The notes: a model not told the origin generated them from the letters alone. A stretch of DNA of 64,000 nt from Oscillospiraceae bacterium (GCA_015063845.1 SVTJ01000014.1:400-64399); one strand, 5' to 3'. Counted from the stretch's first letter, positions 45,048 to 54,492 are shown. Made by a program: numbers and translations.

Positions 45048-45677
45048 ATGAGCAGCTATAAGAGATTTGAACAGCTTTTGAGGGCAAACGATACAACGGT
45101 TTACCGTGTTGCCAAGTCGACGGGTATATATGCGTCCGCGTTTACCGATTGGAAGAACGGACGCTCTGTTCCAAAAGCAGAGAAGATGAAAAAGATAGCC
45201 GACTATTTCGGTGTCAGCCTTGACTATCTTCTCGGAACACAGGCGGGCAGAGAGAGCGAGCTCGTGGGGTATACGTCTGTCAAGGCAAGGCGCATGGTGC
45301 CCATTATCGGTGAGATACGCGCGGGCTCTCCCATTATTACGAATGAGACCTTGCTCGGCAGAGAATTTGCTGACGTTGACGACGTTGAGGAATATTTTTA
45401 TCTTCAGGTGTGCGGAGACAGTATGAAGAACATCGGAATGGTGGACGGTTCTCTCGTGCTTTTCCGCAAGCAGCAATATGCAGAGGATGGCGACGTGGTC
45501 GCTTGTCTTGTCGGTGGCGAGTGCGCCACGGTCAAGAGATTTCGCAGAGCTCAGAGAAACATCTATCTTATTCCCGAAAACGAGGACTATCAGCCCATAA
45601 AGCTGACGACCGATGATTTTGAGGCGGGAGAGGCGAGAATACTCGGTGTCGCATTAGAAGTAAAGATAAAGCTTTGA
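45048..45677 (+). CDS. XRE-HTH / S24-peptidase self-cleaving repressor (LexA/CI-like)
   Basis: Start at ATG 45048. HTH_XRE motif TVYRVAKSTGIYASAFTDWKNGRSVP. Cleavage-loop-like PIIGEIRAGSP. Ser-Lys dyad motifs CGDSM and ATVKRF. Confidence 0.85.
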   Translation: MSSYKRFEQLLRANDTTVYRVAKSTGIYASAFTDWKNGRSVPKAEKMKKIADYFGVSLDYLLGTQAGRESELVGYTSVKARRMVPIIGEIRAGSPIITNETLLGREFADVDDVEEYFYLQVCGDSMKNIGMVDGSLVLFRKQQYAEDGDVVACLVGGECATVKRFRRAQRNIYLIPENEDYQPIKLTTDDFEAGEARILGVALEVKIKL

Positions 45678-45684
45678 GGATATT

Positions 45685-47637
45685 ATGATTGCAATAAATA
45701 CAGAAAATCTTTCGCTTTCCTTTGGCACGAAGGCTGTGCTGAAGGGGGTGTCGTTTGCCGCGGACGAGGCAGACCACGTAGGTGTTATAGGCACTAACGG
45801 CTGCGGCAAATCCACGCTTTTCAAGCTCATACTCGGAGAGCTTGAGCCCGATGAGGGAAGCGTTCATATTTCAAAGGACAAAACGGTCGGCATACTTCGC
45901 CAGGACGATGCCTTTCTCGATTTTGAGGGGCAGGACGGCGAGGCGAGCGCGCTCGAGGTGATGTATAATTCCTTTCCCGAGCTACTCTTGGCGGAAAAGC
46001 GTCTCGCGGAGCTTGAGAGGATGCTCTCCGACGGCGGCGAGCACGAGGGAAGAAGCAATGCCTCTCTTGTGGCGGAATACACGGCCTTGAATGAAAAATT
46101 TATACGCGACGGCGGTCTGGAATTCAGGGGCAGGTGCGCTTCGACGCTTGCCAAAATGGGCTTTGACGCAGATGCTGTCAGCCGTCCTTTTTCGTCGCTC
46201 AGCGGCGGACAGAGAACACGTCTCGCGCTCTCGCGCGAGCTTTGCCGTGAGCCCGATATACTGATGCTCGACGAGCCGACCAACCATCTTGATATGGAGA
46301 CGCTCACCTGGCTCGAGAGTTTTCTCGCGGCATATAAAAAGTGCGTTCTGGTGATATCGCATGACCGTTATTTTCTCGACCGCGTTACCAACAAAACTCT
46401 GCTTATAGAGCACAACAAGGCCAAGCTTTATAACGGAAACTACACAAAGAGCGCGGAGCAGAGAAAGGTAGATCGCGAGATACAGGAAAGGCACTATAAA
46501 AACCAGCAAAAGGAGATAGAGAGGCAGGAAGCGTACATCGCTCAGCAAAGGGCGTGGAACAGAGAGAGGAACATCATCGCCGCCGAGAGCCGTCTTAAGC
46601 TGCTTGACAAGATGGAGAGAGTTGAGAGACCCGAGGACGCCCCGAGAGGTATAAGCTTTAGCTTTTCCTGCTCGATAGCGAGCGGCAACGACGTTATGAT
46701 GCTTCGTGATGTAAGCTTTGCGTATCCCTCGTCTCCAATGCTTATAAGAGCGCTTACTATGACGGTCAAGCGAGGAGACAGACTGTTTATCGTCGGACCT
46801 AACGGCTGCGGAAAGTCAACGCTTATAAAAATGCTTATGTCAAGACTTATGCCAAGCTCGGGATATATAGATATGGGCTACAACGTAAACGTGGGCTACT
46901 ACGATCAGGAAAACCAAAATCTCACTCCGTCAAATACCGTGCTCGAGGAGCTGTGGAGCTCGTACCGCACACGCACCGAGCTTGAGATGAGAAGCACGCT
47001 TGCGCGTTTTCGCTTTTTCGGTGATGATGTTTATAAGCTGGTAGGCGAGCTCAGCGGCGGAGAGCGGGCGAGACTGACGCTCTCAAAGCTTGTGCTGTCG
47101 GATATCAACCTTTTGATACTCGACGAGCCCACCAACCACCTCGACATAGGCTCGCGCGAGGCGCTTGAAGCGGCTATTGCGGAGTTTGACGGAACTGTGA
47201 TCGCCGTTTCGCACGACAGATATTTTCTCGGCAAGCTTGCCACGCGCATTCTCGACCTTACGGGATGCCCCGAGAGCGAGCCGACCGATATGAACGTGCA
47301 TAAGTCGGGCGATGGCTATGAGGAGCTTCTTCGTGACAGAGCTCGCCGCGCAGAGCAGAGCGGAGCGGCTACGCCCGAGAGAGAGACCGACGCGGCACCG
47401 TCAAATAAGGATATTTACCTTATGAACAAGAAGCAGGCATCTGACGAGCGTCGCGCCAAGCGTAGGCTGGAAAAGCTTTCGGCAGAGGCGGAGAGTATCG
47501 AGAACGAGCTTGAGGAGATAGAAAAAGAAATGTCGGGAGAGGCGGCGTACGACTACGTTCGTCTGTCTGAGCTTGATACAAAAAAGAACGCCCTTGAGGA
47601 GCGTTTGCTTGAGATATATGAGGAGATAGGAGTTTGA
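45685..47637 (+). CDS. ABC-F family ATPase (no TM domain; C-terminal coiled coil)
   Basis: Two ABC cassettes: GTNGCGKST/LSGGQRTRL/MLDEPTNHLD and GPNGCGKST/LSGGERARL/ILDEPTNHLD. A charged linker and tail. Starts 7 nt after the repressor stop. Confidence 0.9.
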   Translation: MIAINTENLSLSFGTKAVLKGVSFAADEADHVGVIGTNGCGKSTLFKLILGELEPDEGSVHISKDKTVGILRQDDAFLDFEGQDGEASALEVMYNSFPELLLAEKRLAELERMLSDGGEHEGRSNASLVAEYTALNEKFIRDGGLEFRGRCASTLAKMGFDADAVSRPFSSLSGGQRTRLALSRELCREPDILMLDEPTNHLDMETLTWLESFLAAYKKCVLVISHDRYFLDRVTNKTLLIEHNKAKLYNGNYTKSAEQRKVDREIQERHYKNQQKEIERQEAYIAQQRAWNRERNIIAAESRLKLLDKMERVERPEDAPRGISFSFSCSIASGNDVMMLRDVSFAYPSSPMLIRALTMTVKRGDRLFIVGPNGCGKSTLIKMLMSRLMPSSGYIDMGYNVNVGYYDQENQNLTPSNTVLEELWSSYRTRTELEMRSTLARFRFFGDDVYKLVGELSGGERARLTLSKLVLSDINLLILDEPTNHLDIGSREALEAAIAEFDGTVIAVSHDRYFLGKLATRILDLTGCPESEPTDMNVHKSGDGYEELLRDRARRAEQSGAATPERETDAAPSNKDIYLMNKKQASDERRAKRRLEKLSAEAESIENELEEIEKEMSGEAAYDYVRLSELDTKKNALEERLLEIYEEIGV

Positions 47638-47641
47638 GACT

Positions 47642-48331
47642 ATGAAGATAGGAATTATTGGTGCGATGAGCGTTGAGGTAGAGGCGCTTAAAGCGAGGAT
47701 CGAGGGCGCACAGAAGACCGCCGTAAGCGGCATAGAATTTGTAAGCGGAAGCCTTTGCGGTAAGCAAGTGGTCGTGGCGCAGTGCGGAATAGGCAAGGTG
47801 TTCGCGGCTATATGCGCGCAGACTATGATAGTGAGATTCGGTGTTACGCACGTTATCAATACGGGTGTTGGAGGAACTCTTTGCGACGACCTTTCGATAC
47901 TTGACGTGGCGATAGCCGATGGCGTTGTTCAGCACGATATGGACACCTCTCCCTTGGGTGACCCCGTAGGTCTTATATCGGGTATAAACAAGGTGGTGCT
48001 TCCCACGTCGAAGACGCTTGCGAGCGCAGCTTCAAGCGCGGCGGAAAAGCTCGGAATTACGAGCAAGACGGGCGTTATCGCATCGGGAGACCAGTTTATT
48101 TCAAGCGCGGAGAAAAAGAAGTATATCGTGGATAACTTCGGAGCGATATGCTGCGAGATGGAGGGAGCTGCGATAGGACACGTTTGCTACGTGGGCGGAG
48201 TCGAGTGCCTTATAGTGCGCTCGATATCCGATAGCGCATCGGGCGAGGCTAAAATGGAATACCCCGAAATGGTAGCTAAAGCCGCCGTCCGCTCACAAAA
48301 AATGGTGGAATTGATATTGCAAAGTATATAA
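47642..48331 (+). CDS. mtnN: 5'-methylthioadenosine/S-adenosylhomocysteine nucleosidase
   Basis: MKIGIIGAMSVEVEALK..., CEMEGAAIGHVC and VRSISD blocks are typical of Pfs/MtnN. Confidence 0.9.
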   Translation: MKIGIIGAMSVEVEALKARIEGAQKTAVSGIEFVSGSLCGKQVVVAQCGIGKVFAAICAQTMIVRFGVTHVINTGVGGTLCDDLSILDVAIADGVVQHDMDTSPLGDPVGLISGINKVVLPTSKTLASAASSAAEKLGITSKTGVIASGDQFISSAEKKKYIVDNFGAICCEMEGAAIGHVCYVGGVECLIVRSISDSASGEAKMEYPEMVAKAAVRSQKMVELILQSI

Positions 48332-48350
48332 AAAGGTGTGGAAACGTTTT

Positions 48351-48382
48351 AGAGGGTGCTTTCTTTCAAGAAAGCACCCTCT
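48351..48382. repeat. Family hairpin F1
   Basis: AGAGGGTGCTTTCTT-TC-AAGAAAGCACCCTCT. 20 nt after the mtnN stop. Confidence 0.75.
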
Positions 48383-48409
48383 AAAAGCCGACAAAACAAA
48401 TAAATAGAC

Positions 48410-48485
48410 CAATAACCGTTTTGTGTTAAAGTTCTTTTGGGGTTCTTAGGAGTATTTTCTTTCAAGAAAATACTCCTAAGCGCGT
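48410..48485. repeat. Repeat module iii plus family hairpin F2, then GCGCGT
   Basis: AATAACCGTTTTGTGTTAAAGTTCTTTTGGGG, then CTTAGGAGTATTTTCTT-TC-AAGAAAATACTCCTAAG (48445-48480). Abuts the GH3 stop at 48486. Confidence 0.75.
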
Positions 48486-50873
48486 TTATATAGTTATCTC
48501 TTTTGTAAGTCTTACGTCATCGGAGGCGGAAGCGACCGATACCGTGTACGTGCCGTGCAACAGTGTCCAGCCGTCATTCCACACGCGAAGCGCTTTTTTG
48601 TCGACTTTAACAGTCGCTTTTTTTGTTTCGCCCGCACAGAGCGAGAGCTTGCAGAAGCCTTTGAGCTCCTTTACGGGGCGGTCTATGGCGCCGTTTATGC
48701 CGAAGTAGACCTGAGATGTCTCCTTGGCGTCCACGTCCGAGGTGTTCGTCACGCTGAACGACACGTCGATGCTGTCTTTGCTATCCACAACGGAAATGTC
48801 GCTGTACTCAAAATCAGCGTAGGACAGACCGTGACCGAACGCAAACCTGGGAGCTATGCCGTCCTTTTCAAATCCGCGGTATCCAACGTAGATGTCCTCA
48901 TTATAGCGCACGCTCGTTGCCTTGTATTCGCCGTAGCGGTGAGCGGGGCAGTCTTCGAGCTTATAGGGAAGTGTGAACGGCATCTTTCCCGAGGGGGATA
49001 CCTTTCCGCTTATGATATCCGCAAGCGCGTTTCCGCCTTCCATTCCCGAATACCAGCTCCAGAGTATGGCGCGCACGTCGTCCGCCCACGGCATATCAAC
49101 TGCCGAGCCTGCGGTGACGGTGACAACGGTATTGGGATTTGCCTTTGCGAGAAGCGGGATAAGCTCGTTCTGCTCACCTGGGAGCTTGAGGTCGGGCTTG
49201 TCGAAGTTCTCGGTGTCAAAGGAGTGATTTATTCCTCCACAGAATACCACCGCGTCTGCCTTGCGAGCCTTTTGGAGAAGGAATTCTATCGGCATCTTCT
49301 TGGCGTTCTTTGCCCACAAAAGCTCCAGCGGAGTTGTGCCTATGGTCATTGCTTGAACGCGAATGTCGATGCGCTCTCCCGCCTCGAAGCGGCGTGTAAA
49401 CTCATAGGGAATACCGTTGTTCTCCGAGGAGAAGTACTTGACGAGCTCGCCGTTAAAGAAGAAGCGAGAGCCGCGGTCTGCGTTCATATAAAAGGCGTAC
49501 TCACCGGTCTCTGGAATATTGAGTGTTGCTGTGAATACACGGGATACACCGTCGTATATCTGCTCGACCTTGTCCACAAAGTAGACGGTGGGCTCGCCCT
49601 CAAAAAGACCGTTATCGTAGCACTCCATACGGAACGCGCGGCTACCCGACTTAAGCTCGGAGATGTCGAGGTATTCGGTGGGTATGGGCTCGTATTGGAA
49701 CTGCGTGCTCTTGACGTATTCCACGTTCTCCTCGCCGTATGCATTTATAAGTCCCTGCAAGGGGGTTATCTCGTAAAGCGCCTTTATCGCGCTGGAGTTA
49801 CCGCCGTGAGAGTGGTACATATCTGCGTTATCGCCGACGACCAGCAGCTTCTTTGTGCTTGTGGGCAATGGAAGAACACCGTCGTTTTTGAGAAGCACGA
49901 TAGCTTCCTTGGCTATGTCGTACGTCGCCTTCTGATGCTCGGGCGTGTTGAACGAGCCGCTCTTGCGGTCGGGTGAGAACTTGTTTATTCTGAACATAAG
50001 ACGAAGTATGCGGCGCACCTTGTCGTCAAGGAACGCAACGTACTCCTCGTTTTCCTCGCAAAGCTTTTCAAAGGCGTCGCCAAGGAAGTAGTCGGAGTAT
50101 TTCTCTGTGGGAGTACCCATCTCGATATCCATTCCGTAGCGAGCGGCTTCCTCTGTGTCGTGAACGCCTGCCCAGTCGCTGATAACAACTCCGTCCCAGC
50201 CCCATTCGTCCTTAAGAATGTCGCAGAGAAGCACCTTGTTATGACAGCAATGCTGACCCTTATACTTCGAGTAAGATCCCATAAACGAGTATGCTCCCGC
50301 GTCAGCCGCAGCCTTGAAGGCGGGAAGATATATCTCGCGGAGCGCTCTGTCCGAGAGGTCTACGTCGACCTTCATTCGGTCAAGCTCCTGGTTGTTGAGA
50401 GCATAGTGCTTTACGCACGCTGCCGTGTCCGCGCTTTGTATTCCGCGAACGACCTCGGGAGCCATAACCGAGCAGAGCAGAGGATCCTCTGACATATATT
50501 CAAAATTTCTTCCGCAAAGGGGAGTACGAATGATATTAAATCCGGGTCCGAGGACTACGTCCTTTTTTCTGTGTCTCGCCTCCTCGCCGAGCACCTCTCC
50601 GTGAAGTCTTGCGAGTGACGCGTTCCACGTTGCGGCAAGCGCTGTGCCTGTGGGAAGATAGGTGCAAAAGTCGTTCTTAAGCCCCTTGGTTTTCCACGAG
50701 TTTCTCTCCATTTCCTCGCGCATACCGTGAGGGCCGTCGTTCATAGTCAGCTCCTCAATGCCCTGAGAGGGAACGCCCTCGGAGTTCATTTTTGAATTTG
50801 CGTGACACATAAGCACCTTTTCATGCAGTGTCATTTTGGAAATTATTTCGTCTATTCTTTTCTCAATGTTCAT
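48486..50873 (-). CDS. GH3 beta-glucosidase/xylosidase-type glycosidase (BglX-like, with inserted and C-terminal beta-sandwich domains)
   Basis: 795 aa. GFNIIRTPLCGRNFEY, VVISDWAGV (nucleophile Asp region), KHYALNNQE. No signal peptide. Confidence 0.9.
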   Translation of the reverse strand: MNIEKRIDEIISKMTLHEKVLMCHANSKMNSEGVPSQGIEELTMNDGPHGMREEMERNSWKTKGLKNDFCTYLPTGTALAATWNASLARLHGEVLGEEARHRKKDVVLGPGFNIIRTPLCGRNFEYMSEDPLLCSVMAPEVVRGIQSADTAACVKHYALNNQELDRMKVDVDLSDRALREIYLPAFKAAADAGAYSFMGSYSKYKGQHCCHNKVLLCDILKDEWGWDGVVISDWAGVHDTEEAARYGMDIEMGTPTEKYSDYFLGDAFEKLCEENEEYVAFLDDKVRRILRLMFRINKFSPDRKSGSFNTPEHQKATYDIAKEAIVLLKNDGVLPLPTSTKKLLVVGDNADMYHSHGGNSSAIKALYEITPLQGLINAYGEENVEYVKSTQFQYEPIPTEYLDISELKSGSRAFRMECYDNGLFEGEPTVYFVDKVEQIYDGVSRVFTATLNIPETGEYAFYMNADRGSRFFFNGELVKYFSSENNGIPYEFTRRFEAGERIDIRVQAMTIGTTPLELLWAKNAKKMPIEFLLQKARKADAVVFCGGINHSFDTENFDKPDLKLPGEQNELIPLLAKANPNTVVTVTAGSAVDMPWADDVRAILWSWYSGMEGGNALADIISGKVSPSGKMPFTLPYKLEDCPAHRYGEYKATSVRYNEDIYVGYRGFEKDGIAPRFAFGHGLSYADFEYSDISVVDSKDSIDVSFSVTNTSDVDAKETSQVYFGINGAIDRPVKELKGFCKLSLCAGETKKATVKVDKKALRVWNDGWTLLHGTYTVSVASASDDVRLTKEITI

Positions 50874-51562
50874 TAAGAGTTCTCCATTTCCTCATTTGTT
50901 TCATTTGCTAAAAGCTTTGATTTAAATAGTTCGGTAAGCGCAGTGAAGGCTGTTACGAGCGCGGCGCTTATGAGCACACCGCCGATTATGTCCGTCAGCC
51001 AATGCACGCCCGAGAGCAGTCTGCCCACAACGGTGACGAGCACCGCCAAGCAGCCGATTATCTGCAAGGGAAGTCTTATTCCGTGACATTTTATATACTT
51101 GCTCGCGAGAATGACCGCGCTTGTGAGCACCACGCATACGAGCATGGTGTGCGACGACGGAAATGACGCCTCGGGCTCGGTAGCCCCCGGCATTATTATA
51201 CATCTGTAATTGACGACTATTACCTCAAACAGCACGTAAGCCGCCGCCATAGCTATGTAAAGACAGCCCACCGAAAGTATTTCAGCGTCTATCCTCAGAA
51301 TACTTTTTCTCTTTATGAGCTGTATAAGACCGATGAGCGCGAAGAGAGCGGCGACTGCCAGAGCAAGAACGCCGAGCACCTCGGTGACGTTGTACCAAAG
51401 CTCGCTCACACCGAGAGCCTTGTGTACGCCTGCGTTTATATGAGAGAGACCGATAGACGTTCCCATAGGACCGATATCGGCGACGTCGACCGTTTTAACT
51501 GCGACGATGAGCAGCAGGAAAAGCGCCAAAAATATCCCGGCAAGTATAAATTTCTTTTTCAT
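50873..51562 (-). CDS. PAP2-family membrane phosphatase
   Basis: Start at ATG 51562 (MKKKFILAGIFLALF...). PAP2 motifs FPSSHT and SGVHWLTDIIGG. Its stop overlaps the GH3 start (TAATG). Confidence 0.8.
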   Translation of the reverse strand: MKKKFILAGIFLALFLLLIVAVKTVDVADIGPMGTSIGLSHINAGVHKALGVSELWYNVTEVLGVLALAVAALFALIGLIQLIKRKSILRIDAEILSVGCLYIAMAAAYVLFEVIVVNYRCIIMPGATEPEASFPSSHTMLVCVVLTSAVILASKYIKCHGIRLPLQIIGCLAVLVTVVGRLLSGVHWLTDIIGGVLISAALVTAFTALTELFKSKLLANETNEEMENS

Positions 51563-51721
51563 AATAAAGTCCTTTCCCAAATGAGTAATATTACAAGAAA
51601 CATTATACCACACGCCTTATGCTTTGTCAATCGAATTAAAGTTGATAGCAACAAGAAAGTCGACCAAAGCTCACGTTTGCCTGCGAAAGCAAGCCTAATT
51701 GTAAAATTACAAAAAAAGCAC

Positions 51722-51750
51722 TTGATTTATTATAATTATAGTTGTATAAT
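51722..51750 (+). promoter_or_regulatory. Promoter TTGATT-17-TATAAT for the dCMP deaminase operon
   Basis: TTGATT 51722-51727, TATAAT 51745-51750. Confidence 0.5.
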
Positions 51751-51809
51751 AATAGTGTGTGTCCAAAATTTTTGTCCGAATTTCTGAGAGTTCGGAGAAG
51801 GAGAGATAA

Positions 51810-52298
51810 ATGAGCAGAATTTCAAAGCATAACTATTATCTTGATATAGCACAGACAGTTGCCGAGCGCGGCACTTGTATGCGCAGACTATTCGGAGCTA
51901 TCATAGTAAAGGACGACGTTATCGTCTCCACGGGATATAACGGCGCTCCGAGAGGAAGAAAGAACTGCAATGAGATGCAGTACTGTATGAGAGACAAGCT
52001 GGGTATCCCGCGAGGCGAGAGATACGAGATGTGCCGCTCGGTTCACGCCGAGGCAAACGCTATCATAGCGGCGGCAAGAGACAGAATGCTCGGTGCAACG
52101 CTTTATATGGTGTGCGTAAATCCTCAGACGGGCGAGCTTTACAGCGGAACCTCGAGCTGTATGATGTGTAAGCGTCAGATAATCAACGCGGGTATCACAA
52201 CGGTCATCGTCCGTGACACAAAGGAAGAATACCGCGTGATCGACGTCAAGGATTGGATAGAGAACGACGACAGCCTCAGCGGTGTGTTCGGTTATTAA
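51810..52298 (+). CDS. dCMP deaminase (ComEB-type)
   Basis: Zinc motifs HAEANAI and SSCMMCKRQIINAGI. 162 aa. Confidence 0.9.
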   Translation: MSRISKHNYYLDIAQTVAERGTCMRRLFGAIIVKDDVIVSTGYNGAPRGRKNCNEMQYCMRDKLGIPRGERYEMCRSVHAEANAIIAAARDRMLGATLYMVCVNPQTGELYSGTSSCMMCKRQIINAGITTVIVRDTKEEYRVIDVKDWIENDDSLSGVFGY

Positions 52299-52312
52299 GG
52301 AGAGTTTTGAAA

Positions 52313-52990
52313 ATGGCAAGAAAAAGCAGATACATAACGGCTGCGGTGGCACTTCTTCTTTGTATGTGCACGCTTCTTTGCGGCTGTTCAAAGGGCAATA
52401 AGTTCGTTATGCAGAACGGTATGTACGTCGATAAAAAGACGGACATTTCCTATCACGACGCTCCCGCGTGCTACGAGCCTTTGGCTATCGGCACGGAAAG
52501 ATACGGTATGCTCGGTGACGTGGAGCTGTTTGAGATAGTGGGCGCTGACCCCAAGCAGTGGCTCTGCGAGGCTACGGGTACGGTGTTCTATGCGGACGGC
52601 ATTACTCTCCCTGCGGTCGATCAGCTCAATACGTCTTATATGGCTCTTATGTATGAGGAGACACAGATAGCGAAGATAACGGACGCGGCTCTTATCGAGA
52701 AGGTCGCAAAGGAATACGTTAACGGCGAGAATATCGCAAAGCCCTCTTGGAACTCTGATATGTACGACGTAAACTGGAGAGTTAGATTTGTCGATGAGAG
52801 CATAGGAATATTCTACGTTATCGCGTATTTCGAGCTTGCCGAGGACTACGTTGTGACAGGCACTGACGGCGTGGAGATAAACTACGGAAAGAGATTTCTC
52901 TACAACCGCTTTGAGGACAAGATGGTGGTCGTGAGCGATGCGCTCGCGCCCTACGTTGCGGAGTATAAGGAGCAGGGCGGTGCAAATTGA
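52313..52990 (+). CDS. Hypothetical lipoprotein
   Basis: Start at ATG 52313. Signal peptide plus lipobox LLCGC. Overlaps the rimI start by 11 nt. Confidence 0.7.
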   Translation: MARKSRYITAAVALLLCMCTLLCGCSKGNKFVMQNGMYVDKKTDISYHDAPACYEPLAIGTERYGMLGDVELFEIVGADPKQWLCEATGTVFYADGITLPAVDQLNTSYMALMYEETQIAKITDAALIEKVAKEYVNGENIAKPSWNSDMYDVNWRVRFVDESIGIFYVIAYFELAEDYVVTGTDGVEINYGKRFLYNRFEDKMVVVSDALAPYVAEYKEQGGAN

Positions 52991-53411
52991 GCGCGTTGAA
53001 GCGTGTCATCTTGCCGATATTGCCGAGATAGAGAAGCTCTGCTTTGCTTTCCCTTGGTCGGAAAACGCGCTGGCTCTGCTTACCAAAGAGGGAGCGGTGG
53101 GCTTTGCGGCGATCTGCGACGGACGGGTGGCGGCATACGGCGGTATGCTGTGTGTGCTTGACGAGGGTCAGATAACCAACGTCGCAACACACCCCGAGCT
53201 TCGCAGACGCGGATATGCCAAGGAAGTGATGCGCGCTCTTATCGACTACGCGAAGGGTAATGGGATAAATACTATCACGCTTGAGGTCAGAGCGTCGAAC
53301 GCCCGAGCGATATCTATGTATGAAGACCTCGGATTTTACCGTGTGGGCGAGAGAAAGAATTTTTACAAAAAGCCGATCGAAGCGGCGGTGCTTATGCAAA
53401 AGGATATTTGA
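52980..53411 (+). CDS. rimI: Ribosomal-protein-alanine N-acetyltransferase (GNAT)
   Basis: GTG 52980 is 6 nt after AAGGAG. GNAT acetyl-CoA motif RRRGYAKEVMRALIDYA. Conserved position directly upstream of tsaD. Confidence 0.75.
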   Translation: MQIERVEACHLADIAEIEKLCFAFPWSENALALLTKEGAVGFAAICDGRVAAYGGMLCVLDEGQITNVATHPELRRRGYAKEVMRALIDYAKGNGINTITLEVRASNARAISMYEDLGFYRVGERKNFYKKPIEAAVLMQKDI

Positions 53412-53426
53412 AAGGATTGATGCGGA

Positions 53427-54446
53427 ATGTATATTCTCGGAATAGAAAGCTCTTGCGATGAAACAAGCGCGGCTGTTGTCAGTATGGGCGACGGTGAGCG
53501 GAGAATACTGTCAAATATAGTGGCGTCACAAATAGAAACGCACAGGCTGTACGGCGGTGTCGTCCCCGAGATAGCCAGTCGCGCGCACATTGAGGCGATA
53601 AGCTCTATCACATATGAGGCGCTTTCCGCGGCGGGGGTCACCATAGAGGACATCGGCTGTATCGCGGTCACCTCGCACCCTGGTCTTATAGGAGCTCTGC
53701 TCGTGGGCGTGAATTTCGCCAAGTCCTTGGCGTACGCTAAGGGAATACCGCTTGTCAGCGTCAATCACGTCAAGGCGCACGTTGCGGCGGCATATCTCGA
53801 ATACGGTGAGCTTGAGCCCCCGTTTACGGCGCTTGTGGTGTCGGGCGGACATACGTCGATATATGACGTGCGAGACTACACCTCGTTCTGTGAGATAGGC
53901 GGCACGAGAGACGATGCGGCGGGAGAGGCTTTTGACAAGATAGGCAGAGTTATCGGAATGCCGTATCCTGCGGGAGCCGCTATGGACAAGCTTGCGTATG
54001 AGGGCAAGGCAGATGCGTTCAATCTTCCGTCACCTGCGCTTGCGGGAGATAATCTTGATTTTTCGTTCAGCGGTCTTAAGACGGCGGCACTCAATATCAT
54101 AAACAGTGAAAGACAAAAGGGAAGCGAGCCCGACCACGCGGACCTTACGGCGACCTATACGAGGGTCATCGTTGACGCGATAGTAAAGAAAATGAGCATT
54201 GCCATAGACAAGCACGGAACAAATAGGCTTGTGCTTGCGGGCGGTGTTGCCGCAAACTCGCATATAAGAGCGGCACTTGAAAGGCTCTGCGACAAAAAGG
54301 GCGTGGAATTTTACAGACCCAGCCTTTCTCTTTGCTCGGACAATGCGGCAATGGTAGCCGCGGCGGGATATTTTGAGTATCTCGCGGGCAGAAGAGCGGA
54401 TACATCTCTCAACGCGTCAGCTCTTGACGGAGATATGACGGTGTGA
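53427..54446 (+). CDS. tsaD: tRNA N6-adenosine threonylcarbamoyltransferase
   Basis: MYILGIESSCDETSAAVV, VNHVKAHV and GGVAAN blocks of Kae1/Gcp/TsaD. Confidence 0.95.
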   Translation: MYILGIESSCDETSAAVVSMGDGERRILSNIVASQIETHRLYGGVVPEIASRAHIEAISSITYEALSAAGVTIEDIGCIAVTSHPGLIGALLVGVNFAKSLAYAKGIPLVSVNHVKAHVAAAYLEYGELEPPFTALVVSGGHTSIYDVRDYTSFCEIGGTRDDAAGEAFDKIGRVIGMPYPAGAAMDKLAYEGKADAFNLPSPALAGDNLDFSFSGLKTAALNIINSERQKGSEPDHADLTATYTRVIVDAIVKKMSIAIDKHGTNRLVLAGGVAANSHIRAALERLCDKKGVEFYRPSLSLCSDNAAMVAAAGYFEYLAGRRADTSLNASALDGDMTV

Positions 54447-54492
54447 GTTGAAGGTTGAAATATTGAAAGTTGAAAATTGTGGAGAATAAAAG

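Noticed and set aside
45048-45677. Calling this gene lexA, and calling 44905-44917 a canonical SOS/Cheo box.
   Set aside because: The N-terminal domain is an XRE-type HTH, not the LexA winged helix. The palindrome has a 3-nt rather than 4-nt centre between GAAC and GTTC, so it does not fit CGAAC-N4-GTTCG.
45685-47637. An antibiotic-resistance (ARE) type ABC-F with attenuation control.
   Set aside because: There is no leader peptide or attenuator, since the gene starts 7 nt after the preceding stop. The long C-terminal coiled-coil tail fits housekeeping Uup/YdiF-like ABC-F proteins. Sequence alone cannot assign resistance.
48555-49976. A 473-aa ORF antisense to the 795-aa GH3 gene.
   Set aside because: The sense strand has GH3 catalytic blocks along its whole length. 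The antisense ORF is a shadow frame.
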